Of a DNA stretch of 64,000 bases, positions 20,689 through 30,189 are shown in pieces. Source of the DNA: Thermoproteota archaeon. Its GTDB lineage: Archaea > Thermoproteota > EX4484-205 > JAAOZP01. How positions within the stretch are numbered: the stretch's first letter is position 1; each line of letters opens with the position of its first letter. The stretch lies in contig JAWCDE010000003.1 in the NCBI GenBank assembly GCA_038861395.1, positions 3,536 through 67,535 of the forward strand. The letters are read 5' to 3'. The notes under the pieces are model-generated. The model did no database searches, was not told where the DNA came from, and saw only the letters and a program-made list of their open reading frames with translations. The position numbers and the translations under genes were made by a program.

Positions 20689-22899
20689 CTACTTCTTGCG
20701 TCTCAGAAGTATTGCTACTACAATCACTATGATAATTATTACTACTACTATTGCGATGATCATTTCTGTTGAGATTCCGGGTGTTGGGGTTGGTGTTGGT
20801 GTTGGAGTTGGCGTAGGTGTTGGTGTGGGTGTTGGTGTTGGAGTTGGTGTTGGAGTTGGTGCAACGCCTGCAGGCTTTAATCTTCTTACGTATTCACGTA
20901 CGTGAGCCTGTGTACTTCCACAGTATGGGCCTGCTGGCAGTAGCGGCTTGTCCTCGTTGGGCCATCCCTCCCAGTATTTCGTGCTGTAGATGTACCAGTT
21001 GGGGTGTCCTCCCTCAGGTATTATCGGAAGCTCTTCGAGGATGATCTCCTGTATGCGCTGAGCAATTCTCCGTCTTTCTGCACCTGTCGCAGTATCAAGG
21101 CTTTCGATGAGCTCTATGAGTTCTGGGTTGACGTAGCTGCCGTAGTGGTTCCAGCAGCCGGAGTATGTTCCGACGAACATCTGCGTGTAGCGCTCATACA
21201 TGTCGTTGTTTATGCCGGCGTGCATGCAGTAGTCTGCGAAGTCGTAGGTGTTGGCATCCATCGCACCAGTGTAACCACCCCAGTCCTTGAAGTCAATGGT
21301 CATAGGTATGCCGAGGTTCCTGCTGACGGACTCTGCCACGGCAAGGTCTATGGCGTTAACGTCAGTCCATCCTACGATATCCATAATGGCCCAAGTGCCA
21401 ATGTCAGATTCGCCGAGCTTCACGTTCACACCAGGCTGGTCGGGAAGCTGGTCCGCGATTGTGAAGCCGTTGGCAAGCCACCATGAAGCCTTCTTCTTAA
21501 CCTTACCGACTACAAGGTCGATATCACCATAGTAGTCCATCATCCTCCTTACCCAATCCATGCTCGGACCATCCTTAGTATACCAGGAATCGCCGACCTT
21601 AATGCAGTGCTCGCTTAATATTGCTATTGCCTGAGCCGCATACTGATACATGTTCTTGCCACTGTAAGTCCCGTACTTCAAGATGTATTCTCTCTCAAGA
21701 GTTGAGTTCACAAGCTCCCTTGCTGCAGCATCCGTCCACGGTAACAGCAATGGGCTAGGATCGAACAGGTACCCCGCGGAAGCGAGGTTAACCTTCTCAT
21801 AGTCTATAACCATGGTTATAGCCTTGCGCAGCCATGGTTCGCATAATGGATACTTTCTATGGTTCGGAACTAGCAGGAGTGTGCTGCTCTCAGGGAAGTA
21901 CGGCGGGTTCTTGAAGTAGGTGTGTAGGAATCCTGGTTTCTGCCACACGTCCGGGGGCACGTAGTTGCCGTCCCAGTCTATCATGCCGGCTTGGAGGTCG
22001 GCGTAAATGGCTTCGTTGCTACCGTAGTAGTTTCCACCCCTGTATCCGAAGAAGTCTGGAGCTGGTTCTCCAAGGACGTTCTTGCCCCACCAGAGCGGGT
22101 TCTTCTTCATGATCGTGTAGGCTTTCCTAACAGGGTCGTGGTACCATGGGAGGTACATTCCTGAGGCTACTCTCCACTCCGCTGGGAAGTCTGGCTTAGC
22201 CCAGTCGTTCGTGAAAGCATTGATGTTATCCCATGAGCCGGCGTAAACTTCCTCCCAAACGTCCTTGGGCAGTATGGGGTAGGCGCGAGTCAGGGTGCGC
22301 CATACTACCGAGCTGTACCTGTACTCATCCTTCAGATGGACTATGAAAGTCCTCTCGTCGACTATCTCGAACTCCCTCATCCTGGTCTTAAGGCCACCCA
22401 TGTAGTATGCTGAAGGAGGAGAGTCTGGGAACGCCCCGTATAGGAAGAAGCTGTACTTAACGTCCTCGGTGGTTATCGGCCTGTACTGCTCTATACCAGC
22501 GGTGCTCACCTCAGTGGTGCCACTCCAAGCACTCCAATCAGTTATCTTAACCCAGTATATGCCGCTTCTCAAAGTAACCTTTACCCCAAGCCCATCGTTT
22601 ATCCACTCAATGCTCTCGCCAAGCTCCTTTATCAACTGGCCGCTTGCAGCATCAACACCGAACATAGGCTCGTACATCAGCACGACATCCCAGCCGCAAG
22701 CACCCTCAAGCTGAGTAACAGGGTTGAAGTTTGACTCGTCAGGCCAATAGCCGCAGCCCCAGACGATCTTGTTCCTTGGGATTTCTCGCTGAGCGCTTGT
22801 CAGCGGAACACCTGCGGGAAGGACTATTGCCAGAAGAAGAACGACAGCAACAGGCAGCGTTTTTATAAAGGAATGTTCTTCCTTACCCATCTTTATCAC
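20689..22899 (-). CDS. ABC transporter substrate-binding protein, family 5 (oligopeptide/dipeptide type), C-terminally anchored by a (TP)15 linker and TM helix
   Basis: Family 5 substrate-binding fold, N-terminal signal peptide, and a C-terminus of PAGVAPTPTPTPTPTPTPTPTPTPTPTPTPTPGISTEMIIAIVVVIIIIVIVVAILLRRKK. This is the last gene of the Opp-like operon. Confidence 0.85.
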   Translation of the reverse strand: MIKMGKEEHSFIKTLPVAVVLLLAIVLPAGVPLTSAQREIPRNKIVWGCGYWPDESNFNPVTQLEGACGWDVVLMYEPMFGVDAASGQLIKELGESIEWINDGLGVKVTLRSGIYWVKITDWSAWSGTTEVSTAGIEQYRPITTEDVKYSFFLYGAFPDSPPSAYYMGGLKTRMREFEIVDERTFIVHLKDEYRYSSVVWRTLTRAYPILPKDVWEEVYAGSWDNINAFTNDWAKPDFPAEWRVASGMYLPWYHDPVRKAYTIMKKNPLWWGKNVLGEPAPDFFGYRGGNYYGSNEAIYADLQAGMIDWDGNYVPPDVWQKPGFLHTYFKNPPYFPESSTLLLVPNHRKYPLCEPWLRKAITMVIDYEKVNLASAGYLFDPSPLLLPWTDAAARELVNSTLEREYILKYGTYSGKNMYQYAAQAIAILSEHCIKVGDSWYTKDGPSMDWVRRMMDYYGDIDLVVGKVKKKASWWLANGFTIADQLPDQPGVNVKLGESDIGTWAIMDIVGWTDVNAIDLAVAESVSRNLGIPMTIDFKDWGGYTGAMDANTYDFADYCMHAGINNDMYERYTQMFVGTYSGCWNHYGSYVNPELIELIESLDTATGAERRRIAQRIQEIILEELPIIPEGGHPNWYIYSTKYWEGWPNEDKPLLPAGPYCGSTQAHVREYVRRLKPAGVAPTPTPTPTPTPTPTPTPTPTPTPTPTPGISTEMIIAIVVVIIIIVIVVAILLRRKK
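20776..20866. repeat. hexanucleotide microsatellite (GGTGTT/GGAGTT)n, about 15 units, encoding the Thr-Pro linker of the substrate-binding protein
   Basis: The plus strand reads gtgttggggttggtgttggtgttggagttggcgtaggtgttggtgtgggtgttggtgttggagttggtgttggagttggt, and the minus strand encodes (TP)n. Confidence 0.9.
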
Positions 22900-22920
22900 C
22901 TTTTACAGTCTTAAATGAAT

Positions 22921-23015
22921 TATAGGTATTTAAAAAGTTTTCTGAATACCAATATAAAAACAGTAATTTCTTCCGAATACTGATACAAAAACATTAATTT
23001 CGGTACCTAAAAGGT
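22921..23015 (-). promoter_or_regulatory. promoter region of the substrate-binding protein gene, with TATA-like box and two tandem 31-bp direct repeats (candidate activator sites)
   Basis: The complement of 22925-22935 gives TTTTTAAATA (TATA-like), about 25-35 bp upstream of the ATG at 22899. Units TTCTGAATACCAATATAAAAACAGTAATTTC (22940-22970) and TTCCGAATACTGATACAAAAACATTAATTTC (22971-23001) are directly abutting, flanked by AGGTATTT on both sides. Confidence 0.5.
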
Positions 23016-23059
23016 ATTTTGCCAGAAATTCAGATGTTTAACAGAAAATGAGTCTATTT

Positions 23060-23863
23060 TTATAACTCTTCAGGCGTCCACTCCCATTTTTCATAGAGTC
23101 TCGGAGCGCTTGCGAGCAGCGTCTTAGTATACGGGTGTTTTGGGTGGGAGAATATTTCGTCAGTCGAACCTTCCTCAACAACCTCGCCCTTGTTCATAAC
23201 AAGTATTCTGTCAGACAGGTATTGGGCTTGCCCAATGTCATGAGTTATGAACAATATTGATAACCCTCTTTCCTCTTTCAAATCCAATAAGAGGTTTAAT
23301 ATTCCTGCACGCGTGGAAGCATCTATCATACTAGTCGGCTCATCGGCTAACAGTAGTTCAGAGCCTACTAATAGAGCCCTTGCCACTAAGATGCGTTGCA
23401 TTTGTCCCCCGCTCAACTGATGGGGGAATCTTCCTAATACTTCGTCAGGGTTTAGCATAACTGTCTTTAGAGTAGACCTTATCAAATCGTTTTTCTCGGT
23501 GGATGAAAGACTATCGCTAACGATGCTGAGTGCCTTATCCAGAATACGGTCGATTCTGTAGAACGGGTTGCAGGCAGAATACGGGTCTTGGAAAACCCCC
23601 TGTACCCGCTTGTAATAATCACGAATATCGTATGAGAATATGCTTTCACCATCCAAGAGAATATCGCCTGACGTCGGTTCGATCAGCCTTAGTATCATTC
23701 TTGCAACCGTTGTCTTACCGCTACCGCTCTCACCGACCAACCCTACTATCTCGCCCCTTCTTATGCGAAAGCTAACGTTTTTCGCACCAACTATCGTCTT
23801 CTTCCTTATAAGGCCGGAGGTGTATATTTTAGTCAGACCCTGACATTCTAATGCTTCCATCAC
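23060..23863 (-). CDS. peptide ABC transporter ATP-binding protein (OppF-like)
   Basis: Walker [10 protein letters not shown], signature LSGGQMQR, Walker [10 protein letters not shown]. Confidence 0.9.
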   Translation of the reverse strand: MMEALECQGLTKIYTSGLIRKKTIVGAKNVSFRIRRGEIVGLVGESGSGKTTVARMILRLIEPTSGDILLDGESIFSYDIRDYYKRVQGVFQDPYSACNPFYRIDRILDKALSIVSDSLSSTEKNDLIRSTLKTVMLNPDEVLGRFPHQLSGGQMQRILVARALLVGSELLLADEPTSMIDASTRAGILNLLLDLKEERGLSILFITHDIGQAQYLSDRILVMNKGEVVEEGSTDEIFSHPKHPYTKTLLASAPRLYEKWEWTPEEL

Positions 23864-24858
23864 CTACCACCCTTACTATAAAGCCAGCAAGAAACCTCCC
23901 TTTTACCCTTTTCGGAAAATATTACCGGGGGTGCCTCGGTCTTGCATACCTCCATAGCATATGGGCATCTTGGGTGAAACCTGCAGCCAGGCGGCGGGTT
24001 TCTTAAATCCGGATGCTCGCCAGGTATGCTCTTTATGTAACGTCCTCTTCTCCTCCTTCCAGGCTCATAAGATACTATAGAGGAAATCAGCCCCTGTGTG
24101 TAGGGATGGAGCGGGGAACCTATTATGTCCTCCATGCTCCCGGTTTCAACAATCTTGCCAGCATACATAACTACGCATCTGTCGCAAATCTGTCTCAAGG
24201 TGGATATATCGTGAGATATGAATAATATGCTTTGAATAATGCCTTCCTCTTTAAGATCCATAAGCGCTTTCACCATGCGTTTTTGCGAAACCACGTCCAG
24301 CGCTGAAGTAGGCTCGTCTACTATAAGGAGTTTGGGATTCCACAAGGTTGAAATCCCTATTACTACTCTCTGTTTCATGCCGCCGCTTAACTCAAATGGA
24401 TAACGGTCTAGCACCGATGGTTCCAGCCCTAGTTTTTTAAAGTGCTCTGCTGCCATCTTGACGATTTCTTCCTCCTTGGGCTTCTCTCCAGTACGTTCAT
24501 ACATGACATCTAGCAAAAACTTCCTTATTTTCTTCACCGGATTCAGAGACTCCATAGATGCCTGGGGCACATAGGACATCCGTTTACATTTGACCTCTTT
24601 CCTCAAAATTTCAGGATCAATCTTGTATATTTCAAAGCCGTCGACAATAATTCTACCGCCTTCATAATATAAATTTCGCGGTGGGGAACCAGAAACTAAT
24701 TCCGCAAGCGTCGATTTCCCACATCCCGATTCTCCAGCAAGACCAACTACTTCACCGCTTTCTAGCGAAAGCGTAACACCGTCGACGCCATGAACTACGC
24801 CGAAAGCACCCCTGTAGTACCCCTTTAAGTCTTCAACTTCAAGTAGAGCTCCAGCCAT
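23860..24858 (-). CDS. peptide ABC transporter ATP-binding protein (OppD-like) with C-terminal oligopeptide/dipeptide extension
   Basis: Walker A GESGCGKST, LSGGMKQR, and a C-terminal Cys-rich segment CRFHPRCPYAMEVC typical of OppD/DppD. Confidence 0.9.
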   Translation of the reverse strand: MAGALLEVEDLKGYYRGAFGVVHGVDGVTLSLESGEVVGLAGESGCGKSTLAELVSGSPPRNLYYEGGRIIVDGFEIYKIDPEILRKEVKCKRMSYVPQASMESLNPVKKIRKFLLDVMYERTGEKPKEEEIVKMAAEHFKKLGLEPSVLDRYPFELSGGMKQRVVIGISTLWNPKLLIVDEPTSALDVVSQKRMVKALMDLKEEGIIQSILFISHDISTLRQICDRCVVMYAGKIVETGSMEDIIGSPLHPYTQGLISSIVSYEPGRRRRGRYIKSIPGEHPDLRNPPPGCRFHPRCPYAMEVCKTEAPPVIFSEKGKREVSCWLYSKGGR

Positions 24859-24864
24859 TTTCCA

Positions 24865-25761
24865 TCACACCTTGCGTAATCTGGGATTGAACACTTCATC
24901 CATACCAGCATGCATTATGAAGATTGCTGACAAGAGTAGAGTCAATACGACTCCAGGCGGGATGTACCACCACCAAATGTCTCGCCAAGACCTCACCGGA
25001 TTAGTCATACAGTTATAAAGCATGCTTCCCAGCGTAATATGAAGCTGAGGTACTGGACCTACGCCAAGGAGGCTGATTCCTGTTTCAGCCAACATGGCTC
25101 CACCCATGAGTAGTACGAATACCATCGTAACATAAGCCATCATATTTGGCAAAACCTCCTTCAACACTATATCTCTACTTCGCATTCCAGACAATTTTGC
25201 AAGGTTTACAAATTCCCTCTCCTTTAAGCTAAGCACTTGAGACCTTATTGTCCTCGCTGCCCAAGGCCACGAGGTTAATGCTATTAATGAAGCTACGAGT
25301 AAGATTGATCTTCCTTCTTTTTCAACAACTGCTGAGAGAATTAATAATGCCGGGTACACTGGGAAAACCATAATAACATTTGTGATAAAATTAGCAATGT
25401 CGTCAGCTAAACCTCCTTTGTAAGGGCCTAGAGCCCCCACCAAGACAGCGATCAGGGTTCCTAAGCCTCCGCCAACGATCCCGACGAATAGCGAGTTACG
25501 GATCCCGGTGCATAATTGTGCAAATAAATCCTGCCCCCAGGGATCAGTTGTACCAAGCAGATGTCCAGGTGTCAACGGAGGCAATCCTCTTTCTTCATAA
25601 TTGTATTTCAACGGATCTGGGGTTAGGAATGGCCCTACTATTCCCAGCAAGGCTATTGCCATCACAATCGAGAAGCCGATTTTGAATTTTCGATTAAGGA
25701 TTAAGAGTGACCATACTCCTGCAACTCGTTCTAAAAACTGTCCAGAAATCTTCTTCATCAT
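24865..25761 (-). CDS. peptide ABC transporter permease (OppC-like)
   Basis: 6-TM BPD_transp_1 permease with an N-terminal OppC-type extension. It is co-oriented and abutting the other operon genes. Confidence 0.85.
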   Translation of the reverse strand: MMKKISGQFLERVAGVWSLLILNRKFKIGFSIVMAIALLGIVGPFLTPDPLKYNYEERGLPPLTPGHLLGTTDPWGQDLFAQLCTGIRNSLFVGIVGGGLGTLIAVLVGALGPYKGGLADDIANFITNVIMVFPVYPALLILSAVVEKEGRSILLVASLIALTSWPWAARTIRSQVLSLKEREFVNLAKLSGMRSRDIVLKEVLPNMMAYVTMVFVLLMGGAMLAETGISLLGVGPVPQLHITLGSMLYNCMTNPVRSWRDIWWWYIPPGVVLTLLLSAIFIMHAGMDEVFNPRLRKV

Positions 25762-26813
25762 GCTCGACCTCCTATTCGAATCCTCGGGTCCACAAGCCCA
25801 TATAGAACGTCTATTATAAAGTTGCCGACGACTACTACAACCATAACGACTAGAAATGAACCGAAGATCATTGAGTAATCTGGACCACTAACTACTGATT
25901 GATACATCAATCTTCCTACTCCTGGCCATCCGAAAACCATTTCTATTACTGTTGTCTCTCCAATTAAGGCGTTCAAATATAGGTTTAGGCCAGTGAATTG
26001 TGGAAGTATCGCGTTTCTTTGAGCGTAAGACTGCACCTTGTTTTTCCTGAAACCCAATGCTTCAGCATACCTTATATAGCCGGAATCCAGTTCGTGGATA
26101 ACCATAGACCTCATTCCAGTAGCCCATCCTCCTAAGTAGACTATGAATAATGAAAGGAACGGTAGGCAGAAGTAGCGAAGCTTATCTAAGAAGGCTGCGA
26201 GGCTCCAAGTTTTAATGTCCCACCAGAGCATAGGCAGGATTTCTGGAGTACCGTAACCGTAGGGAGGGAATATCTGAAGCCTTATGGCTAAAAGGTATAT
26301 GAGAACCATTCCAAACCAGAAACTCGGTAGCCTGTTTGAGAAGACTGAGAAGAAATATACGAATTCGCTTAATTTGCCTCCTATGTACGCAGCCTTAGCA
26401 CCAATCCAGTTCCCTAACAGAAAACTTATGACAAGCACAGGAATAACCAGTTCGAGGGTATAAGGTATCCTGCTTCCAACAATCTCGGCAACCGAGTTCC
26501 CAGGATAAAGAGTTACTGATATACCCAAGTTTCCTCTTAAAAGATTGTTCCAGAAGAGTATGTATTGTTCCAACGGAGGTTTATCAAAACCGTAGTATTT
26601 CATCAGATCCTCCCTTATTTTTTGCACATCTACTCCGGGAATGTATGTTCCTGGAGGGATTAAACGATCGACTGGATTTCCAGGAATAAGGCGAGGTATG
26701 AAGAATACAAGGGTCACGGCGACGAACATTACAATAGCATAGAAGATTATTTTCTTGATGAGAAACATCACGAATGGGTGTGCAAACGGGTTTTTCAATT
26801 TCAATATTAACAC
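25758..26813 (-). CDS. peptide ABC transporter permease (OppB-like)
   Basis: OppB/DppB-like 6-TM permease, first gene of the operon. The true start may be an internal Met (about 26768). Confidence 0.85.
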   Translation of the reverse strand: MLILKLKNPFAHPFVMFLIKKIIFYAIVMFVAVTLVFFIPRLIPGNPVDRLIPPGTYIPGVDVQKIREDLMKYYGFDKPPLEQYILFWNNLLRGNLGISVTLYPGNSVAEIVGSRIPYTLELVIPVLVISFLLGNWIGAKAAYIGGKLSEFVYFFSVFSNRLPSFWFGMVLIYLLAIRLQIFPPYGYGTPEILPMLWWDIKTWSLAAFLDKLRYFCLPFLSLFIVYLGGWATGMRSMVIHELDSGYIRYAEALGFRKNKVQSYAQRNAILPQFTGLNLYLNALIGETTVIEMVFGWPGVGRLMYQSVVSGPDYSMIFGSFLVVMVVVVVGNFIIDVLYGLVDPRIRIGGRA

Positions 26814-26971
26814 CCGTGTCGGTAGAAAGGACTAGGCTATATAAACTTTATGATTAATATGTTAGAAACTTGTTTGCAACTACCAGATGACTCCTTAAAC
26901 ATGATTCGGAACATTTGCGCCATATTATCAGCGACAAGATTAACTCGTTTCTGGAAATTCACATGTGATTT

Positions 26972-27619
26972 CTATTGCTTCAGCACATTGATTTCAGTTA
27001 CTGCCAAAATTATTTCTTCTGCAAAAAGGTTTATGGCTTCAGGCCCGTTGGCAGTAATAATGTTCCCATCCCTTACTACGCTTCTATGAGTATCCACTAT
27101 GGCTCCATGAGCTTTTAAGTCATTTATCATCCTCTGGTCAGGCCAGCAAGTAATGCTAACCCCATTAACCAAGTCGGCCGCTGCAAGAACCCAGGGACCA
27201 TGGCACATTGCTGCAATAATCTTCCTTTTAGAAAAGCCCTCAGTCAGTATTTTGAAGACTGTCTGATTCTGTTCATGGCGAATCATATTATATGGACCAT
27301 CTCCTCCTGGAATGAAAATAACATGATAATGGGAAACGTTAACCTCGTTGAATGTAATCTCGGGCATACAGCTACCGCCATGGCCTTCAACAATCTCAAC
27401 TTTGAAACTCACAGTGTTTACTTCCGCACCCTCTTTCCTAAGATGGTCAATAACCCCTGTGTATTCAGTGTAATCGAAGCCCTCAGCCACTATAGCCAAG
27501 ACCTTAACTCCCTCTAACCTATGTTTACTTGTTTTTCCGATCCATGAGTAAAGATAGGAACCGATGGCAAAACCTAAAGCAATAGTCAACGCGAATGTTA
27601 AAACATATGCTCTTCTCAT
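26972..27619 (-). CDS. DJ-1/PfpI family protein (class I glutamine amidotransferase-like) with N-terminal membrane anchor
   Basis: AAMCHGPWVLAAADL (nucleophile-elbow Cys), IFIPGGDGP, and an N-terminal TM helix MRRAYVLTFALTIALGFAIGSYLY. The ORF-track start at 27706 would overlap the decayed gene upstream, so I chose Met30. Confidence 0.75.
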   Translation of the reverse strand: MRRAYVLTFALTIALGFAIGSYLYSWIGKTSKHRLEGVKVLAIVAEGFDYTEYTGVIDHLRKEGAEVNTVSFKVEIVEGHGGSCMPEITFNEVNVSHYHVIFIPGGDGPYNMIRHEQNQTVFKILTEGFSKRKIIAAMCHGPWVLAAADLVNGVSITCWPDQRMINDLKAHGAIVDTHRSVVRDGNIITANGPEAINLFAEEIILAVTEINVLKQ

Positions 27620-27714
27620 AGTTAATTCTTCCTTTTTAAACATTTTAAATCTTTTTACAGAAATGTTGGAACCTGTTGAATAAAATCGTTCATTACATCT
27701 GTGCAATTTTTGAG

Positions 27715-27997
27715 TTAAAATCTTGGAAACTTAAGCCTACCAATGTATTCCAATATCCACTTGACAAGCCCATCATAAGCCTCCTCGCCTTTCAGAGTCA
27801 AGTAAACAACGTCTTCAGTATCTATTTCTACGAAACCCTCTCACTCATCTAATCCAAGTTTTCACAAGCCTGTTATAAGCCAAGTCGCATGCAGCGGCTA
27901 AAGCTGTTCTCTTCATACCGTTATTCTCCTTGAGTGTCTTGATGATCCTAGCAGCTACGTAAAGGTCAGGCTTCGAGTCTCGCTCCCTTGAGCTCAT
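27715..27997 (-). pseudogene. small winged-helix transcription regulator disrupted by a frameshift
   Basis: The first frame reads MSSRERDSKPDLYVAARIIKTLKENNGMKRTALAAACDLAYNRLVKTWIR then a stop. Five nucleotides later, in another frame, it reads EGFVEIDTEDVVYLTLKGEEAYDGLVKWILEYIGRLKFPRF then a stop. Together they form one ~92-aa wHTH domain. Confidence 0.5.
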
Positions 27998-28131
27998 TGT
28001 ACAACCATCTCAAATCAATTATAAGGAGGTCAATGGATTCAACATTACGATAAAACTCTCTAACGTTATTCTTATTGATCAACAAAATTATTGGCATAGC
28101 TAAAATAAGCGTAGTTAAGCCAGTTACATTT

Positions 28132-28434
28132 CTATTCGCCCAGAATAAGGGGAAGGGTAGAAAAATGAATAAGAATTGAAAAAATCGGCAGAATTATGAT
28201 AAAGCCGAGAAATAACCAATTAAGCATCTTAATTGCCAGCCACCATTTTATCATCATGATTCCACTAAACAGGGAGTCCCAATCAGTCTCCATAAGAAGC
28301 TTGATTGCAGCAGGAGCTCCCTCTTTAAGAATAGAAGCCCACTCTCTCGTCTTGATCTTTTTTACCTTCATCTCGATGAGGAGTAGGCCAATTAATACTG
28401 TCCATAGAGAAGGCAGTAGGAATAGGAGTTTCAA
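28132..28434 (-). CDS. hypothetical small membrane protein
   Basis: 100-aa ORF with 2-3 hydrophobic helices and no recognisable motif. It lies in a low-density region. Confidence 0.3.
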   Translation of the reverse strand: MKLLFLLPSLWTVLIGLLLIEMKVKKIKTREWASILKEGAPAAIKLLMETDWDSLFSGIMMIKWWLAIKMLNWLFLGFIIILPIFSILIHFSTLPLILGE

Positions 28435-28448
28435 GAAATACTTCTATT

Positions 28449-28838
28449 CTACTGGTTTATCCGTAGAGACGTAGTGTTCACCGTAATAAGCATATAGAGA
28501 GAATTCTCTGGGAAGGACAGTAGTGAAAACATATTCCTCTTCACCCGAGAGGTTAATAATTCCTTTTTCGGTAGTGATAATGTTACTTTACTATCTATAG
28601 TTGGGTGAATACAGACTTCAACTCTTACAAAGAAGCATTCATGCTTAAGCACGATTAGAGTTGCAGGGCTTTCATATATGGGAATGGAACTATGAATTTG
28701 AGATCCTGGTTCGGGCTGATAGATGATGAAATCGAAATCCATATCGTAAAAAAGGTAAAGAAACAAAAACTCGATTACCATAACTGTAAATAACACTGTA
28801 GCAAATAAAGGCTTCACTACGCTTATTTTACTTTTCAC
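28449..28838 (-). CDS. hypothetical protein with N-terminal signal anchor
   Basis: 129-aa ORF, MKSKISVVKPLFATVLFTVMVIEFLFLYLF..., with no recognisable motif. Confidence 0.3.
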   Translation of the reverse strand: MKSKISVVKPLFATVLFTVMVIEFLFLYLFYDMDFDFIIYQPEPGSQIHSSIPIYESPATLIVLKHECFFVRVEVCIHPTIDSKVTLSLPKKELLTSRVKRNMFSLLSFPENSLYMLITVNTTSLRINQ

Positions 28839-28929
28839 ATACTAAGATGGTAATGCTTAGAATATAAAATAAACTCACTCAGAGATAGTATACTTTAAAA
28901 AACAGGATGAAGACAATACTTCGCAGGAA

Positions 28930-29556
28930 TTGATTATTAAAAGTTTCATTGCAGGTCTCTTGGAAACAAACTGCTACCTTGTTGCTTGTCAGGAAACTCT
29001 GAGTGCTATACTAATTGATGCGGGCTTCGATGAAGAAGCTGAAGCAATAACGGTCATTAGAGAAATAGAGAAAAGGAATCTAAAAGTTAAATATGTTTTG
29101 AATACTCACTGGCATCCTGACCACACTGCGGGCAACGAATACTTTAGAGAGAAACTTGGAGCATTGGTTATCATACATAAAGACGATGCGCCTATGCTCA
29201 ATGCTGGAGCTTCCCTATTAGGTTTAAAAGTAAAGCCGCATAGGCCTGACAAGACTGTAACGAATGGGGATTTAATTGAAATAGGGAAAACATGTCTTAA
29301 GATTATTCACACACCTGGTCATACGAGGGGGAGTATATGCGTGTTAGGAAAGGGGGTCGTCTTTACTGGTGATACGCTTTTCGCAGGGTCTATCGGGAGA
29401 ACTGATTTTCCAGGAGGATCCTTTGAGGAGATAATGAGATCCATAAAAGATAAGCTAATGACGCTTTCTGAGGAGACTTTAGTTTATCCAGGTCACGGAC
29501 CTTTTTCAAGCATCGGTAAGGAGAAGAGGACAAACCCGTTTCTAAAAGATATTTAG
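28930..29556 (+). CDS. MBL-fold metallo-hydrolase (hydroxyacylglutathione hydrolase-like)
   Basis: HWHPDHTAGN (HxHxDH), later HTPGHTRGS and GDTLF. TTG start. Confidence 0.85.
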   Translation: MIIKSFIAGLLETNCYLVACQETLSAILIDAGFDEEAEAITVIREIEKRNLKVKYVLNTHWHPDHTAGNEYFREKLGALVIIHKDDAPMLNAGASLLGLKVKPHRPDKTVTNGDLIEIGKTCLKIIHTPGHTRGSICVLGKGVVFTGDTLFAGSIGRTDFPGGSFEEIMRSIKDKLMTLSEETLVYPGHGPFSSIGKEKRTNPFLKDI

Positions 29557-30189
29557 TCAAGTACCGACTTTTGTATTATTTCTGATTTCAAGACAACATT
29601 GTAATTCCTTTAAAACTCTTTTCCATCCCTTGATTTTCCTCGTTTTCATAATTCTAACATAATCCATTATTTTTTGCTTATCGACAATCTCTAATAATTT
29701 CGGCACCATATCTTCTTTTAACGGATAATTGAGATGAATAGTATCTATCAGCGTTTTTTCTGGATCAGAAATTCTTATCCATTCGTCTATTTCTTCCATA
29801 TACTTTAGTTCATACCCGAAGAACATTTTTTCGGAAATTCTTCTTAAGACTATTTTAAAGCCGGAGATCTCCCTTTCTCCAAGCCTGGCTTTTAACGAAG
29901 CATGAGGCGAAAGAACAATTACTCTCGGTACTTGTTCCCAAGCTCCATGGAGAAAGGCGGCGCTCCCCAAGCCGATGTAAGACCTTGGAATTGCTTTGGT
30001 AATCATGTAAGGAGATTTTTTGAAAGTGTAAATTCCTTTAATCAACTCCACAATTTCACCTCTCTTCCTCAAGTTATGTATAAGAATTTTTGCATAACCT
30101 TCTCCAACCCTATTCTCAACAGTCCTGAAAGTAAATAGGCTCGCCTCCCTCAGTTCTTTAAGGAGAGCATCATACTTAACTAATGGCAT
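29557..30189 (-). CDS. AbiEi-like transcriptional regulator / putative type IV antitoxin (wHTH, COG5340-like)
   Basis: N-terminal YDALLKELREASLFTFRTVENRVGEGYAKILIHNLRKRGEIVELIKGIYTF resembles the AbiEi_4 winged helix. It overlaps the upstream nucleotidyltransferase gene by 14 nt. Confidence 0.5.
   Translation of the reverse strand: MPLVKYDALLKELREASLFTFRTVENRVGEGYAKILIHNLRKRGEIVELIKGIYTFKKSPYMITKAIPRSYIGLGSAAFLHGAWEQVPRVIVLSPHASLKARLGEREISGFKIVLRRISEKMFFGYELKYMEEIDEWIRISDPEKTLIDTIHLNYPLKEDMVPKLLEIVDKQKIMDYVRIMKTRKIKGWKRVLKELQCCLEIRNNTKVGT

Noticed and set aside
20776-20866. Possible CRISPR-like array
   Set aside because: The repeat is a 6-nt microsatellite with no spacers, lies inside a coding sequence, and has no cas genes nearby. 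No CRISPR arrays were found in the window.
20696-20905. Plus-strand ORF encoding a (GV)n repeat
   Set aside because: It is the antisense reading of the (TP)n microsatellite inside the substrate-binding protein gene, so it is a shadow ORF.
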